The position numbers were made by a program, and so were the translations under genes. This document shows positions 8,850 to 21,594 of a DNA stretch of 64,000 nt, piece after piece. Where the stretch lies: assembly GCA_965217775.1 (NCBI GenBank), contig CBDCJH010000002.1:3584001-3648000 (forward strand), read 5' to 3'. Within the stretch, counting starts at the first letter, position 1; each line of letters begins with the position of its first letter. The stretch is from Acidobacteriota bacterium. GTDB lineage: Bacteria > Acidobacteriota > UBA6911 > RPQK01 > JAJDTT01. The notes under the pieces were generated by a model. That model did no database searches and was not told where the DNA came from. It was given only the letters and a program-made list of their open reading frames with translations.

Positions 8850-11537
8850 TCAAAAGGAGTACTTGAGTGCGACTTCGATCTCCCGGGAGCGGTGAGCTCC
8901 GAAGATCTTTCCGAAGAGCGAGGTCCCGACCACGGCGTTGGGCCGGAGGAAGTTCACCTGGTTGAAGGCGTTGAAGAGTTCCACGCGAAGCTCCACCAGA
9001 TCTCCGTTGATCAGCCGGGTCTGCTTGATCAGGCTGATATCCCACGCGTGATAACCCGGTCGCCTCAGGATGTTTCGGCCGGAATTGCCGAAGGAAAAGG
9101 GAGCCGGTTCGGCAAAGTCTTCCACCTGGAACCACATGTCCACCGAGGATTCGAACCGGTCGCTCGGCGTCATGGCAATCCGGTCCGCCCGGTCTCCTCC
9201 AAGTCCATCGTTGTTCCCGTCCCCCGGGCCGTAAACGCTGAAGGGTGTCCCGTCCTGGATGCGGGTGATGCCCGATAGCCGCCAACCGTCCACCAGTTGC
9301 AGCAACGGGTTTCGTCCCTCCGCACCCAGTGTCCGCTCCCTTCCCGGTGGCAGGTCGATGATGTAGTTCAAGGAGAACTGCCGAATGGGGACCCCTCGGG
9401 CGGAAGCTCGTTCGGCCTTCAGATTCCGAGGGTTCGACGGTTCCCACCGATAGCGATCGTCCAGCGAACGGTGCAACGTAAAGGCGGAACGGAGGGACAT
9501 GCCGTCGCTCAGACGCCGCTCCGCCGACAGATTCATCCGGTGGCTGTTCCCGGCGGAACCACCGGTCAAGATCCGAAACCGGCCGAATGCCGGATTCGGT
9601 CGCCGAGACTGGATCGGACCCGGCGCCGGCAGGGGGACGTTTCCCGGGAGGACCCGGCTCCACCCGGTTCTCTTGTTTCCATAGTAGGAGGCCCGCAGAT
9701 GCCACACCTCCTGGAAGTCGTTCTCGAGAGTCAACGCCCAGGTCTGCACGTAAGGCGTCCTCAGTCCGGTCTCGATCCCGCGGACCACCAGTTCGGGAGG
9801 CGCCACGTTCTCGAAGGGGTTCGCCAGATCCAGATCGGGACTGTCCACTGGGGATTGGGCGCTCTCCGTGTAGTAGAAAGGAAAGTTCTTCCCCAGATAG
9901 CGGCTGAAAGAACTGCTCCCCACCACCGAATAGTAGAGGGAATACGAAGCCCGCAATACCAATCGGTTGGTCCTGAAGGGTTTGTAGGACAACCCGATCC
10001 GGGGAGCCCAGTCGTTGCGATCGGGGAACACCAAGCCGCCCCGCCCCGCCCTCTCCAGACCGAGAGCCCGGGCTTCGAAGCTGTCGGCCACGACGATCCG
10101 ACCTGTGGTCGGGGGCTCGAAAAGGAGCGGAAAGAAACCGGAAATGGTGTCGCTGGTGGACCGGTAGGGAGACGCGTAATGGTAGGCAACCCCTCCTGTC
10201 AGCGCCAGAATCGGACTCAACCGCCAGCGGTCCCGGATATAGGCCTGCCACTGGTTGCGGCGCAAGTCGGTCCGGTCCGATCCGACCGTCCGGGAGGCCA
10301 CACTGGGTAAACCCAGAACGAAATCCGCAAACCCGTCACCGGTGTAGAACCCGCTGAATTCGAATTCGCCGCGGCCACGGCCTTCGATGTGCGTGTCGTT
10401 GACCTGGCGTTTGGTCAGGCTCGTTCCCATGGTCAGGGTGTGATCCCCGAGCGCCGTAGTGGTGGAGAACGAAGCGGAGTACCGGTTGCTGAGCCATTTG
10501 TAGGGAGACGACGTATCCCCGAAGGATGCGTAACCCGTGACCTCGAAGTCCGGGTATCCTTCGGTCAGGGCATCGGGAGCGGCCAGTCCCAAAATCCCCA
10601 CCGAATCCACCAGACCCACCTGGCCGGAGTTGGGAGACACGCTCAGGCTCAGGTAGCGGTTGTAGCCGATGGAGCCTTCGGTGACCCAGCGGGTTCCCAA
10701 GGTCCGGTTGTGGGAGAGGCTCACGGATTGGCTCCGGAGCGTGCGATTCCAGCCGAAGGAGGGGAGCGGATGAACCGTCTTCCCGTCACCGTCGGTCAGC
10801 GCGTACTGGAGGTAGCTCCTGGCATCGTCGTCGCCGGTATAGTCGAAACGAAAGAGGTAGGTATCCCGGTTGGTCACCCGGGGCTGGTTGTTGACGAAGT
10901 TCCGGTCGGGGTCCGGGCTGTTGGGATCGGGAATGACCGGGAACAGGTTCTTGGCGACCGGATGCAAACGACTCTGAGGAATCTGGTTTCCTGGAAATGG
11001 CTCTCCCGTCACCGGATCGACGATGGGAGCCTCGAGGCTGCTGAAATCGCCCAGCTTCATCTCCGGTGCCGGCACATGTGAGAGCAGGGTCGAACCCTTG
11101 ATGATGCGCAGGCTCCGGAGACTACCGAACAGGTTGATCTTTTCTCCGACCCGAACCCCCAGGCTGGCCCCGAACTCGTTCCTCTTGTACTCCGGGAGCG
11201 GCTGCCCTCCGGGGTCGAAGAAATTTCGGGCGTCGAGGTTGTCGTTCCGGTGAAACCAGTACACCGAGCCGTTCAGTCTCCCGGACTGTTTGGCGGGAAA
11301 CGGATTGACCATCTCCGCCAGCGAGGGTCTCGAGGTCGAGACGGCCGTTTGGCGGGCCAGTCGGATCTGGTAGTCGCGGATCTGATCCAGGGGGCTCTTC
11401 CCGGAACCGGCGCCACTCCCCTGGGAAGCTGCTTCGCCCGGCTTGGGCTTGGCCCGGGCCGTACCCTGATCCCAGATGCCGAATACGAGCCCAAAGACGA
11501 GCACCGAGTTCAAGACTCGAGATCCACCGGTGCCCAT
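8850..11537 (-). CDS. Oar-like/TonB-dependent-receptor-type outer-membrane beta-barrel, apparently without plug or N-terminal domains
   Basis: GSVYWFHRNDNLDARNFF, DRNDWAPRIG, FGNSGRNILR and ELFNAFNQVNF motifs; C-terminal ALKYSF. ATG 11537 precedes a hydrophobic leader; start uncertain. Confidence 0.85.
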   Translation of the reverse strand: MGTGGSRVLNSVLVFGLVFGIWDQGTARAKPKPGEAASQGSGAGSGKSPLDQIRDYQIRLARQTAVSTSRPSLAEMVNPFPAKQSGRLNGSVYWFHRNDNLDARNFFDPGGQPLPEYKRNEFGASLGVRVGEKINLFGSLRSLRIIKGSTLLSHVPAPEMKLGDFSSLEAPIVDPVTGEPFPGNQIPQSRLHPVAKNLFPVIPDPNSPDPDRNFVNNQPRVTNRDTYLFRFDYTGDDDARSYLQYALTDGDGKTVHPLPSFGWNRTLRSQSVSLSHNRTLGTRWVTEGSIGYNRYLSLSVSPNSGQVGLVDSVGILGLAAPDALTEGYPDFEVTGYASFGDTSSPYKWLSNRYSASFSTTTALGDHTLTMGTSLTKRQVNDTHIEGRGRGEFEFSGFYTGDGFADFVLGLPSVASRTVGSDRTDLRRNQWQAYIRDRWRLSPILALTGGVAYHYASPYRSTSDTISGFFPLLFEPPTTGRIVVADSFEARALGLERAGRGGLVFPDRNDWAPRIGLSYKPFRTNRLVLRASYSLYYSVVGSSSFSRYLGKNFPFYYTESAQSPVDSPDLDLANPFENVAPPELVVRGIETGLRTPYVQTWALTLENDFQEVWHLRASYYGNKRTGWSRVLPGNVPLPAPGPIQSRRPNPAFGRFRILTGGSAGNSHRMNLSAERRLSDGMSLRSAFTLHRSLDDRYRWEPSNPRNLKAERASARGVPIRQFSLNYIIDLPPGRERTLGAEGRNPLLQLVDGWRLSGITRIQDGTPFSVYGPGDGNNDGLGGDRADRIAMTPSDRFESSVDMWFQVEDFAEPAPFSFGNSGRNILRRPGYHAWDISLIKQTRLINGDLVELRVELFNAFNQVNFLRPNAVVGTSLFGKIFGAHRSREIEVALKYSF

Positions 11538-11599
11538 CCAGGCTCCATGATGCGGGTTCTGCTTGCGGAACGAAGGACTTGCAGAGCGATCGGATGGGA

Positions 11600-12331
11600 T
11601 CACAACACGAGCGCCCCTTCCACCAACATGTCGGAAACCGGAAAATTGACGCGCAACCGTCGGTACACCGACGGGATGTTGACCTCGAAGTTGACTTCCT
11701 TCTGGTCCGGCGAAACCACCGCAACACCGTCGATCCGGCGGGGAAAGACGAACTTGGCCCCCACTGCCTCCTCTCTGGGGGGAAAGTAGGCGGCCAGTTC
11801 GATTCGCGGAAAGCCCTCGGTGGCCAGATACGCCCGGTCTCTCATGGTCTCCAGCGTTTGGGAATCGAAGAAGCGCTTCACGCTGAGCTCCATGTTGGGG
11901 TTGTTGGACCGGAAGCTGATGGTGACCACGATCCAACGGCTCACGTCCATATTCAGACCGGGGGCGATGCCGGCATCGAGACGGCGCTTCTCTGCCTGCG
12001 TCATCTCGTCATAGCCGTTCTGGAGTTGCTGAACACGGGCATAGGCCCGGCGGATGGGCGGGGCCGAAAGCAGCCGGACGAAGAAGGTATTGAAGATTTC
12101 CTTCTCCCCATGAATCCCGCTGCCCACACCCCCGACGACTCGGGTATAGGTCTGTTTCCGGGCCCAGGGAGACCGGTTCAGGATCCGGGTGGCTTCGGCC
12201 AGAGTCCAACTGGAATAATCCCTGCTCAGGATCTGCGTGGCGTCCGGGACGGCGGCGCCGGCCGACAGACAGAGCAGCAAGATCAGACCCGTTCGCAGCA
12301 GCAATGGAACTCCTCTAAAGATCCCGGTCAA
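11600..12331 (-). CDS. Secreted hypothetical protein
   Basis: Signal peptide and protein-like composition (WTLAEATRILNRSPWA); co-oriented with the barrel gene. Confidence 0.75.
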   Translation of the reverse strand: MTGIFRGVPLLLRTGLILLLCLSAGAAVPDATQILSRDYSSWTLAEATRILNRSPWARKQTYTRVVGGVGSGIHGEKEIFNTFFVRLLSAPPIRRAYARVQQLQNGYDEMTQAEKRRLDAGIAPGLNMDVSRWIVVTISFRSNNPNMELSVKRFFDSQTLETMRDRAYLATEGFPRIELAAYFPPREEAVGAKFVFPRRIDGVAVVSPDQKEVNFEVNIPSVYRRLRVNFPVSDMLVEGALVL

Positions 12332-12474
12332 TCCCCTCAGTCAGGAACTCGCACTCCGCCGGGCCGCGCCTGTCACACTCGGCGACGGCTTGGAATCAGC
12401 TTAACATACGGGTCTGCCCGCTCCCGAAAGACGGGCGGAATGAGGACTGAAATACGGTCTGACGACGGTGCCCG

Positions 12475-14010
12475 TCAGGTGCCGGACGGGCCGATGGTTT
12501 CGGGCTTGTAGCCTCCCCGCGAGCGGAAATAGGCGATCAGGATCAGATAGCAGGCCAGCATGACGAGGGGGAGCACCGCGATCCGGGCCAGCGTCCCCTG
12601 TTTGGAGACCACCACTACGTCGCCGACCCGTTCCCGGCTCTCCTGGTCGAGACTTCCCAGGGCGGACTGATCCAAGGAGTTGTACCGCCCCAGAAGTCCC
12701 AGTTTCTCGGTCATGACCTGGGCGTGCAGGGCCTGGTCCTCCTGCTTCATCATGCGATCGAACGCCTGGTCCTGAAAGGTGCCGATCAGGGGTCCGCCCA
12801 GAACCCCCACCGCCAGCATCCCGACCCCCGCGATGGCGTTCAGGGTCAAGGCCCCGCCGCGGGGAAAGGACTCGCTCACGACTCCCAGAGTCGCCGGCCA
12901 GAAGAAGGTCTTGCCCACGCCGTAGAGAGTGGCGGCCAGGAAGACCACGGAGGCGGCCTGGCCGGCGGCGGACAGCCAGAAGAGGCCGGCCGCGGCGATG
13001 AGGGCCGATACGGCCAGCAGGCCCAAGGGGGAGATGCGGTGGGTGATGGGACCCGCGAAGAAGCGAAGGATGAACATGATGAGGGAGGTGTAGATCAGAA
13101 CCAGGGCGCCGGCGTTGGGACTGGCCAGCACGTAGCTCATGAGGTCGGCGATCCAACTGTCGGTCCCCAGCTCGGTGGTCGCCAGGGGCATCATGATCAG
13201 CAGCAGGAAGACGAACATGGGCCGTCCCAGCGAGCGGACGAAGTACAGGAACGCGGCCGTCGGCGCCACGACCAGCCCCACCTTCAGCCAGGGCTCGAGC
13301 GCGCTCTGGTGGACCAGCAGGATCTGATCCAGTCCCTGCACCAGCAGATAGCAGACGATCAGGCAGCTCGCCGCACCGAATTCCCGGAGCATGTCCAGGT
13401 ACGGCACTCCGGCGGCCACCCGCTCCTGGACGGGAAACTTCCGGCCCAGCAGCAGGAACCCGTAGAGGACGGTGGGAATCACCACCAGCCCCACCTTCCA
13501 CTGCCAGAGATTGCCGGGAAGTCCTCCCAGGGTGTCCCCCGTTCCCAGGGTCATGGCCAGGAGCCCGCCCAGGACCAGGCCTCCGGGCCAGCCGGCGTGG
13601 AGCACGCTCAGGTAGTGAGTCTTCTGCTTGTCGTAGATGGTGGCCACCACCGGATTGATCACCGCTTCGACGATCCCGTTGGAGAGGGCGAACAGGAAGG
13701 TGCCCAGGTAGAGAGTCGAGAAGTCTTCGGCGAAGATGGTGATCACGGCCGACGCCAGGTGACCCGCGAAAGCGAGCACCATGGAGAATCCGTAACCGAT
13801 CCGGTCCACCACCAGACTGAAGAGAATGATGGAGATGGCGAAAGGGTAGAGCCCGGCTCCCACCAGGTACCCGATCTGCTCTCCGCTGAGATTGAACTGG
13901 GCCCGCCAGTCATCCAGGATCATGGCCCGCACCACGAATCCGAACGCGGTGGCCACCAGCGCAAAGAAACACCCCAGAAACAGCCTTCGCCCGCCGATTC
14001 CATTCGACAT
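12475..14010 (-). CDS. MFS transporter (probable sugar transporter)
   Basis: Many TM helices; DRIGY loop, NGIVEAVINP and HAGWPGGL motifs; divergent from the sugar kinase and nagA genes. Confidence 0.9.
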   Translation of the reverse strand: MSNGIGGRRLFLGCFFALVATAFGFVVRAMILDDWRAQFNLSGEQIGYLVGAGLYPFAISIILFSLVVDRIGYGFSMVLAFAGHLASAVITIFAEDFSTLYLGTFLFALSNGIVEAVINPVVATIYDKQKTHYLSVLHAGWPGGLVLGGLLAMTLGTGDTLGGLPGNLWQWKVGLVVIPTVLYGFLLLGRKFPVQERVAAGVPYLDMLREFGAASCLIVCYLLVQGLDQILLVHQSALEPWLKVGLVVAPTAAFLYFVRSLGRPMFVFLLLIMMPLATTELGTDSWIADLMSYVLASPNAGALVLIYTSLIMFILRFFAGPITHRISPLGLLAVSALIAAAGLFWLSAAGQAASVVFLAATLYGVGKTFFWPATLGVVSESFPRGGALTLNAIAGVGMLAVGVLGGPLIGTFQDQAFDRMMKQEDQALHAQVMTEKLGLLGRYNSLDQSALGSLDQESRERVGDVVVVSKQGTLARIAVLPLVMLACYLILIAYFRSRGGYKPETIGPSGT

Positions 14011-14206
14011 GAGTTCACCTTTCCTCTGAACCGGATCAATGCATGGCAGCCCGGAAGGGACCGCTCCGACGTCTCCGAAAGTTTGAGCCCGCCGCCGCCA
14101 AGTGTCAATCGCCGCCCCCCTCTCTCCTCTTTCCTCTTTTCACTTTCCTTTCCGCCTTGGTACGATCTGGTCCCGGCCTGGATGCCGGGCGACCAGACCA
14201 CGCGAG

Positions 14207-16675
14207 ATGGAGACCACCTGCGTCATTCTCTGCGGCGGACACGGTAGGCGCATGGGCTCCTCCCGGCACCACAAGGTCTGTTTTCCCATCGCCGGCGTTC
14301 CTGCCATCGTTCGCATCATCGACACCCTCAAGGCCGCCGGTCTGAAGCATTTTCTGCTGGTTGTGGGCCAACAGGCCGTCGACGTCATGGAGACGGTGAC
14401 CCGGGTCCACCCCGATGTCTCCTTCGCCTACCAACCCGAAGCCCTGGGGACGGGGCATGCGGCCGGGTGCGCCGCCCGGGTCCTTCGCGACCGGCGTGCC
14501 GGCGGCGACATCCTGATCACCATGGGAGACAAGGTCATTCAGACGCAAGTGGTGAGAGACCTGATGGAACGCCACCGGGCGGAGGCCGCCGACCTGACGC
14601 TTGCGGCTCTTGCCAAGGAGCCGGACAGCACCGCCGGCCGGATCCTGCTGGACTCGGAGTCACGGCCTCTCGCCGTGGTCGAGCTGGCCGATATTCGCCG
14701 CTCATTGGAGACCGGAGTCCCCATCACGGTCGCGGGACAGGAGATTTCCGGCGCCGAAGCCGAGGCCGGGAGCCGAATGCTCAACACCTCCCTCTACCTC
14801 TTCAGAGCCGAAACCCTGCACGCCTCCCTGTCGGGCCTCGCGGCCGACAACGCCCAACAGGAACTCTATCTGACGGACACGGTCGAGCAGGTTTCGGGAA
14901 CCGGGGGCACGACCTCGGTCCTGGAGGTGGCCGACCCGCAGGACCTCATGGGCTTCAACACCCCGGAGGAGCTGCTCCGGATCGAGGAGTCCTTGGGTCG
15001 GCGCAGGATCATCGGCGGAGGTCCGGCGGAGCCTCTCCCCCGGATCGACCCGGGCCGTCTGAAACCGGCCGGCGAATGGCTCGAGATCCTGGACCGGAAA
15101 CCCCCGTCCCTGCGGCGTTCCCTCGCCCGGGTCTACGGCTTGGACGGAGTCCTGCCGGAGCCGCGCATTCGCGCCTGCCGGCGCCTGCTGGAACGGTTCG
15201 TCGACAGCCATGGCGCCTCTCGTCCCGTGGTCCTGGCCCGAGCCCCGGGCCGCCTCAACCTCATGGGACGGCACGTGGACCACCGGGGCGGCTACGTGAA
15301 TACCATGGCCATCAACCGGGAAATCCTGTTGGCGGCCTCTCCCCGGGACGACGACAGCGTCAGCCTTCGGCACCTCTCTTCGGACGAATTTCCCGAAAGG
15401 ACCTTTCGCATCCGCGATCTGCTGCCGGACACCGACTGGCTCGCCTGGATGGACTTCATCAGTTCCTATACCGTCAACCAGTTTCTCAGCGTCTCGCGGG
15501 GTGACTGGAGCAACTACGCCCGGGCCGCCGTGCTGAGACTCCAGCACGCCTACCCGCACCGCAGGTTGCGGGGGATGGACTGCGTGGTCTGGGGGGACAT
15601 CCCGCTGGGGGCCGGCCTCTCCAGCAGTTCGGCTCTGGTGGTGGCCATGGCGGAGGCGTCGGTGGCCCTCAACCAGTTGGCTCTGAGCACGCGGCAATTC
15701 GTGGATCTGTGCGGCGAGGGGGAATGGTTCGTCGGGTCCCGGGGCGGCATCGCCGACCAGGCCGCCATCCGGGGCGGGGAGAGGGACAAGGTCAGCAAGA
15801 TCGGGTTCTTTCCGTTCCGGATCGAAGAGACCATCGCCCTGCCCCGGGAGCTGTCGGTCATCATCGCCAACAGCCAGGCCGCCGTATCCAAGAGCCATGA
15901 GGCCAGGCACACCTTCAATCACCGGGTGGCCTGCTACGACCTGGCCGAGATGCTGCTGCGCAGGAATGCGTCCTTCCTGGCGTCCATGAAACACCTCAGG
16001 GATCTGGACCCCAGGAAGCTGGGTCTGTCCAGGTCCGAGATCTACCGCCTGCTGAAGCAACTGCCCCGGGAAACCGACCGGCAGAGCCTTCTGAAGCAGT
16101 TGCCCGACCAGACCGATCGAGTCCGGGAGATCTTCTCGACCCACGACGACTTGGGGAAATATCCCCTGCGAGGCGTCGCCCTCTTCGGCATCACCGAGTG
16201 CCGGCGGAGCGATCGCTTCTCTCGTCTCCTGAAGGACCGCGAGTTTTCCCAGATCGGAGAAATGATGCGGGTCAGCCACGACGGCGACCGCATCGTCCGG
16301 CATCACCGGGGCCGATCCCGGCCTTACGCTGCGGCATGTGACGATCGGAAATTGGACCGCCTGATCCGGGAATCCTTCTCCCTGGACTCCGCCAGGAAGG
16401 AGCACGCCAGCCTCTGGATGCAGCCGGGGAGCTACTCCTGCTCCACTCCGAAGATCGATCGGATCGTGGATCTGGCCAGCGCCCAACCCGGGGTCGTGGG
16501 GGCTCAACTGTCCGGCGCGGGTCTGGGGGGCTGCGCCATGATACTGGTCCGAACCGAGGCCGTGGAGCGGACTCTGGACCATCTGACCCGCACCTTTTAT
16601 GAGGCCCAGGGCCTGGAGGTCGAGGCCTACGTCTGCCGGCCGGTGGCGGGAAGCGGTCTCATCGACTGCCGTTGA
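14207..16675 (+). CDS. Fusion of a GlmU-type nucleotidyltransferase and a galactokinase-like GHMP kinase
   Basis: N-terminus ILCGGHGRRMGS..HK, QPEALGTGHA and NAQQELYLTD; C-terminus APGRLNLMGRHVDH, PLGAGLSSSSA and GAQLSGAGLGGC. Confidence 0.88.
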   Translation: METTCVILCGGHGRRMGSSRHHKVCFPIAGVPAIVRIIDTLKAAGLKHFLLVVGQQAVDVMETVTRVHPDVSFAYQPEALGTGHAAGCAARVLRDRRAGGDILITMGDKVIQTQVVRDLMERHRAEAADLTLAALAKEPDSTAGRILLDSESRPLAVVELADIRRSLETGVPITVAGQEISGAEAEAGSRMLNTSLYLFRAETLHASLSGLAADNAQQELYLTDTVEQVSGTGGTTSVLEVADPQDLMGFNTPEELLRIEESLGRRRIIGGGPAEPLPRIDPGRLKPAGEWLEILDRKPPSLRRSLARVYGLDGVLPEPRIRACRRLLERFVDSHGASRPVVLARAPGRLNLMGRHVDHRGGYVNTMAINREILLAASPRDDDSVSLRHLSSDEFPERTFRIRDLLPDTDWLAWMDFISSYTVNQFLSVSRGDWSNYARAAVLRLQHAYPHRRLRGMDCVVWGDIPLGAGLSSSSALVVAMAEASVALNQLALSTRQFVDLCGEGEWFVGSRGGIADQAAIRGGERDKVSKIGFFPFRIEETIALPRELSVIIANSQAAVSKSHEARHTFNHRVACYDLAEMLLRRNASFLASMKHLRDLDPRKLGLSRSEIYRLLKQLPRETDRQSLLKQLPDQTDRVREIFSTHDDLGKYPLRGVALFGITECRRSDRFSRLLKDREFSQIGEMMRVSHDGDRIVRHHRGRSRPYAAACDDRKLDRLIRESFSLDSARKEHASLWMQPGSYSCSTPKIDRIVDLASAQPGVVGAQLSGAGLGGCAMILVRTEAVERTLDHLTRTFYEAQGLEVEAYVCRPVAGSGLIDCR

Positions 16676-16700
16676 CCCGCGGGAGGAAAGACGAGAAGAG

Positions 16701-17836
16701 ATGGAATCCACACGGTATGAAGGTCGAGACTATCGGACCGGCAGACCCGTCTCCGTCGGCGTGAAGGGTGAGACCATCACCGATGTGCGGCCGGAGAACC
16801 GCGCCGAGCCTGGTCTCTGGACCGCTCCGGCCCTGTTGGACATCCAGCTCAACGGCTTCGGCGGCTACGGATTCAACGAAGCGGAGACCTCGCCGGAATC
16901 GGTGGCGCAGGTGGTCCGGAGTCAGTGGCGGGCCGGAATCGGCGCCTTCCTCCCTACCGTGACCACCCACTCCCAGGAACGGATGCTTCATTCCGTGAGA
17001 GCCGTCACCGAGGCTTGCCGCGATCCCCGGATCCGCCGCTCGATCCTGGGAATCCACTTGGAGGGTCCCCACATCTCACCCCTGGACGGTCCCCGGGGAG
17101 CCCACCCGCTGGAACATGTCCGGCTTCCCGCGTGGGACGAATTTCTCCGTATGCAGGAAGCTGCCGACGGGCGAATCCTCCTGGTGACGCTGGCGTCGGA
17201 GCTGGACGGGGCCATCCCCTTCATCGAGCGCCTGGTGGACGCAGGCGTGGTGGCCGCCATCGGTCACACCAACGCCTCGGCACACGATCTGGACGCCGCC
17301 ATCGAGGCCGGCGCCCGGCTCTCGACCCACCTGGGAAACGGCGCCCACTCGTTGCTTCCCCGGCATCCCAACTACATCTGGGAGCAACTGTCCAGAGACC
17401 AACTCGACTGCAGCGTCATCGCCGACGGTCACCACCTCCCCGCTTCCGTTCTCAAATGCATTCTGCGCTGCAAGGGAGTGAAGCGCACCATCCTCATCAG
17501 CGACGCCATCACCCCGGCCGGACTGCCTCCCGGCACCTATCCGGCGGCGGGGGGAGAGGTGGAGGTGAACCCCCACGGCCGAATCTCCCTGGCCGGAACG
17601 CCGTACCTGGCCGGCGCCGGAGCCCATCTGGGCCAGGGCGTCTCCAACCTGGTCCGAATGGGAGTGGCATCGCGCCGGGACGCCCTCCGGATGGCCAGTC
17701 TCCATCCCGCCCGGCTCCTCGGTCGAGACGACCGGATGGGAGCCTTGGAAGCGGGAAAGCTGGCCAACCTGATTCAGTTCTCGTGGACGGAAGAGGGGAT
17801 CCGCGTCCATCGAACCATGGTCGGCGGTCAGGTGGT

Positions 17837-17858
<22 letters not shown>
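16701..17858 (+). CDS. nagA: N-acetylglucosamine-6-phosphate deacetylase family amidohydrolase
   Basis: DIQLNGFGG, GIHLEGP, GAH, IGHT, THLGN, IADGHH, LISDA and LAG motifs. Confidence 0.88.
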
Positions 17859-19969
<2,111 letters not shown>

Positions 19970-19999
19970 GGAACACAAAACGGCACTACCCTCCAATGG

Positions 20000-20274
20000 A
20001 GAGGATCGATCTGGTAAGGCCTAATAAACTGACTGCCGCCTTTCTCGATCTCGACAGTCCGTACCTCGCCGGCCCATTCGTAAATATCCTGAAAAAGATG
20101 GTGGTGAATCGCCTTGAGATGATCAAGGTCGAAATCCCCCGTGGGAACCGCTTCCAGAAGGCGTTGCGCTACAAACTGGCGCTCCGCTGCCTCCAGTGTC
20201 GGAAGATCCCTGATATTCAGGTTGTTTCGAAGAACCGTGAAATCAGGAGGATAGCAATAGTCCGGGTCGCTCAT
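20000..20274 (-). pseudogene. fic: Truncated Fic (Fic/Doc) protein, N-terminal part only
   Basis: MSDPDYCYP..TVLRNNLNI...HLKAIHHHLFQDIYEWAGEVRTVEIEKGGSQF, after which similarity is lost and there is no HPFxxGNGR motif. The frame runs on into recQ to a stop at 19921. Confidence 0.8.
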
Positions 20275-20492
20275 TCGACCGCGGCAAGACCCTTGCGGTT
20301 CTTGAGTCGCCGTGCAATGTAGATGCGGCGATCTTCGGGCCTCCATTCTTCCTGTTCGAACATTTCGAACATCGCGACCTCATCGGACCGGAGAGGATTC
20401 GCCTCCATCGCCTGCAGATGCAGAGCCTCGGCCAGACGTTCGCGAACGGAGGCGGCCACGAGCCGACCAAGCTTTCTTTTCTTCTGGATCAC
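20271..20492 (-). CDS. Small Fic-associated antitoxin (VbhA-like)
   Basis: 73 aa; ATGA overlap with fic; LQAMEAN resembles the (S/G)xxxE(G/N) inhibitory motif. Confidence 0.7.
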   Translation of the reverse strand: MIQKKRKLGRLVAASVRERLAEALHLQAMEANPLRSDEVAMFEMFEQEEWRPEDRRIYIARRLKNRKGLAAVE

Positions 20493-20610
20493 ACGGTCAA
20501 ACTATCAAAATTTCGCACCCGGATCAGAAGATCGTGACGAGCGGGAGCAAAGTCCTTTCGACCCACGGAAACCAAGCGCGCCAGAACCGTTCGGATGTGT
20601 ACGCCCGGGT

Positions 20611-21594
20611 TCAACCTGCCAAGAAAGGTTTCAGATACCGGGCGCTCCGGGCCACCGCCTCCTCCACCGGCATGACACCGGCGAAGGCTTGGTGGACGGT
20701 CACGTAGCCTCCATACCCGATGGCGTCGAGGCCGCGGAAGACCTCCTCGAAATCGACGCCTCCTTCTTCCCACAGACCGATGTGGTCCACCGCGACGCCG
20801 CCGCGGCCCCAAGTTTCGACCACAGTCACCCCGGAGGGAGTCAGGAGGTGGTTCTGGACGTACACGTTCATGATCCAGGGCTCGAGTCGGCGGATGGTCT
20901 CGGCTCCGTAGTCCTCCCCGGCGATGAACCAGTTGGCCGGCTCGTAGATGATGCCGAAATTGGAACGGTCGACCCGCTTGAGGACATCCAATGCCCCTTG
21001 GACCGTCTCGAACAAACTGGCGCAATGGGCCTGGTGAGCGAGCCGGATTCGCCGCTCCCGGGCCTCGTCCGAGGCGCGGGCGGCCCATTCGATGTCTTCT
21101 TCCTTCTTCATGCAGATCCGGATCAGATCGGAACCCAGGACCTCGGTCAGGTCCAGGTAGGGCGTGATGTTGCGGAGTCCCTCGGGCCCCTGCTCGTCGT
21201 TACGAGGAACGGCGAAATCGCCGGTGACCATGGAGACGGTCAGACCCGCCTGAGCGATGGAGCGAGCCGCTTCCTGAACTCTTTCCTGCGGCGAGTGGGT
21301 GCCGACCTGAGAGGCTCTCATGCAGACAGCCTCGTAGCCGTGCTCCTGAGCCAAGCCGACGATCTGGTCCAGAGTCAGGTCCGCCCTTTCCTTGGAGCTG
21401 AAGGATTCGGCCACTCGCGCCGACAAAGAAAGCTTCATGGTGTCCTCGTTGGTCGATTCCGGCGGGGGCGGTCCCTCAGCCGTGGGACGGCAACCGCCCA
21501 GGAGACTCAGGGCGCCCAGTCCCAGAATGCCCTCCAGCAGTTGTCGTCGAGTTGGCGCCACCACTTGGTTCCACCCGTCTTCCGGTTCTCTCAT
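20611..21594 (-). CDS. Sugar phosphate isomerase/epimerase (AP-endonuclease-2 TIM barrel) with a Tat-lipoprotein leader
   Basis: TRRQLL and LGGC leader; IIYEPAN, GGVDFEEVFRGLDAIGYGGYVTVH; ATG overlaps the asd stop. Alternative start at 21438. Confidence 0.8.
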   Translation of the reverse strand: MREPEDGWNQVVAPTRRQLLEGILGLGALSLLGGCRPTAEGPPPPESTNEDTMKLSLSARVAESFSSKERADLTLDQIVGLAQEHGYEAVCMRASQVGTHSPQERVQEAARSIAQAGLTVSMVTGDFAVPRNDEQGPEGLRNITPYLDLTEVLGSDLIRICMKKEEDIEWAARASDEARERRIRLAHQAHCASLFETVQGALDVLKRVDRSNFGIIYEPANWFIAGEDYGAETIRRLEPWIMNVYVQNHLLTPSGVTVVETWGRGGVAVDHIGLWEEGGVDFEEVFRGLDAIGYGGYVTVHQAFAGVMPVEEAVARSARYLKPFLAG

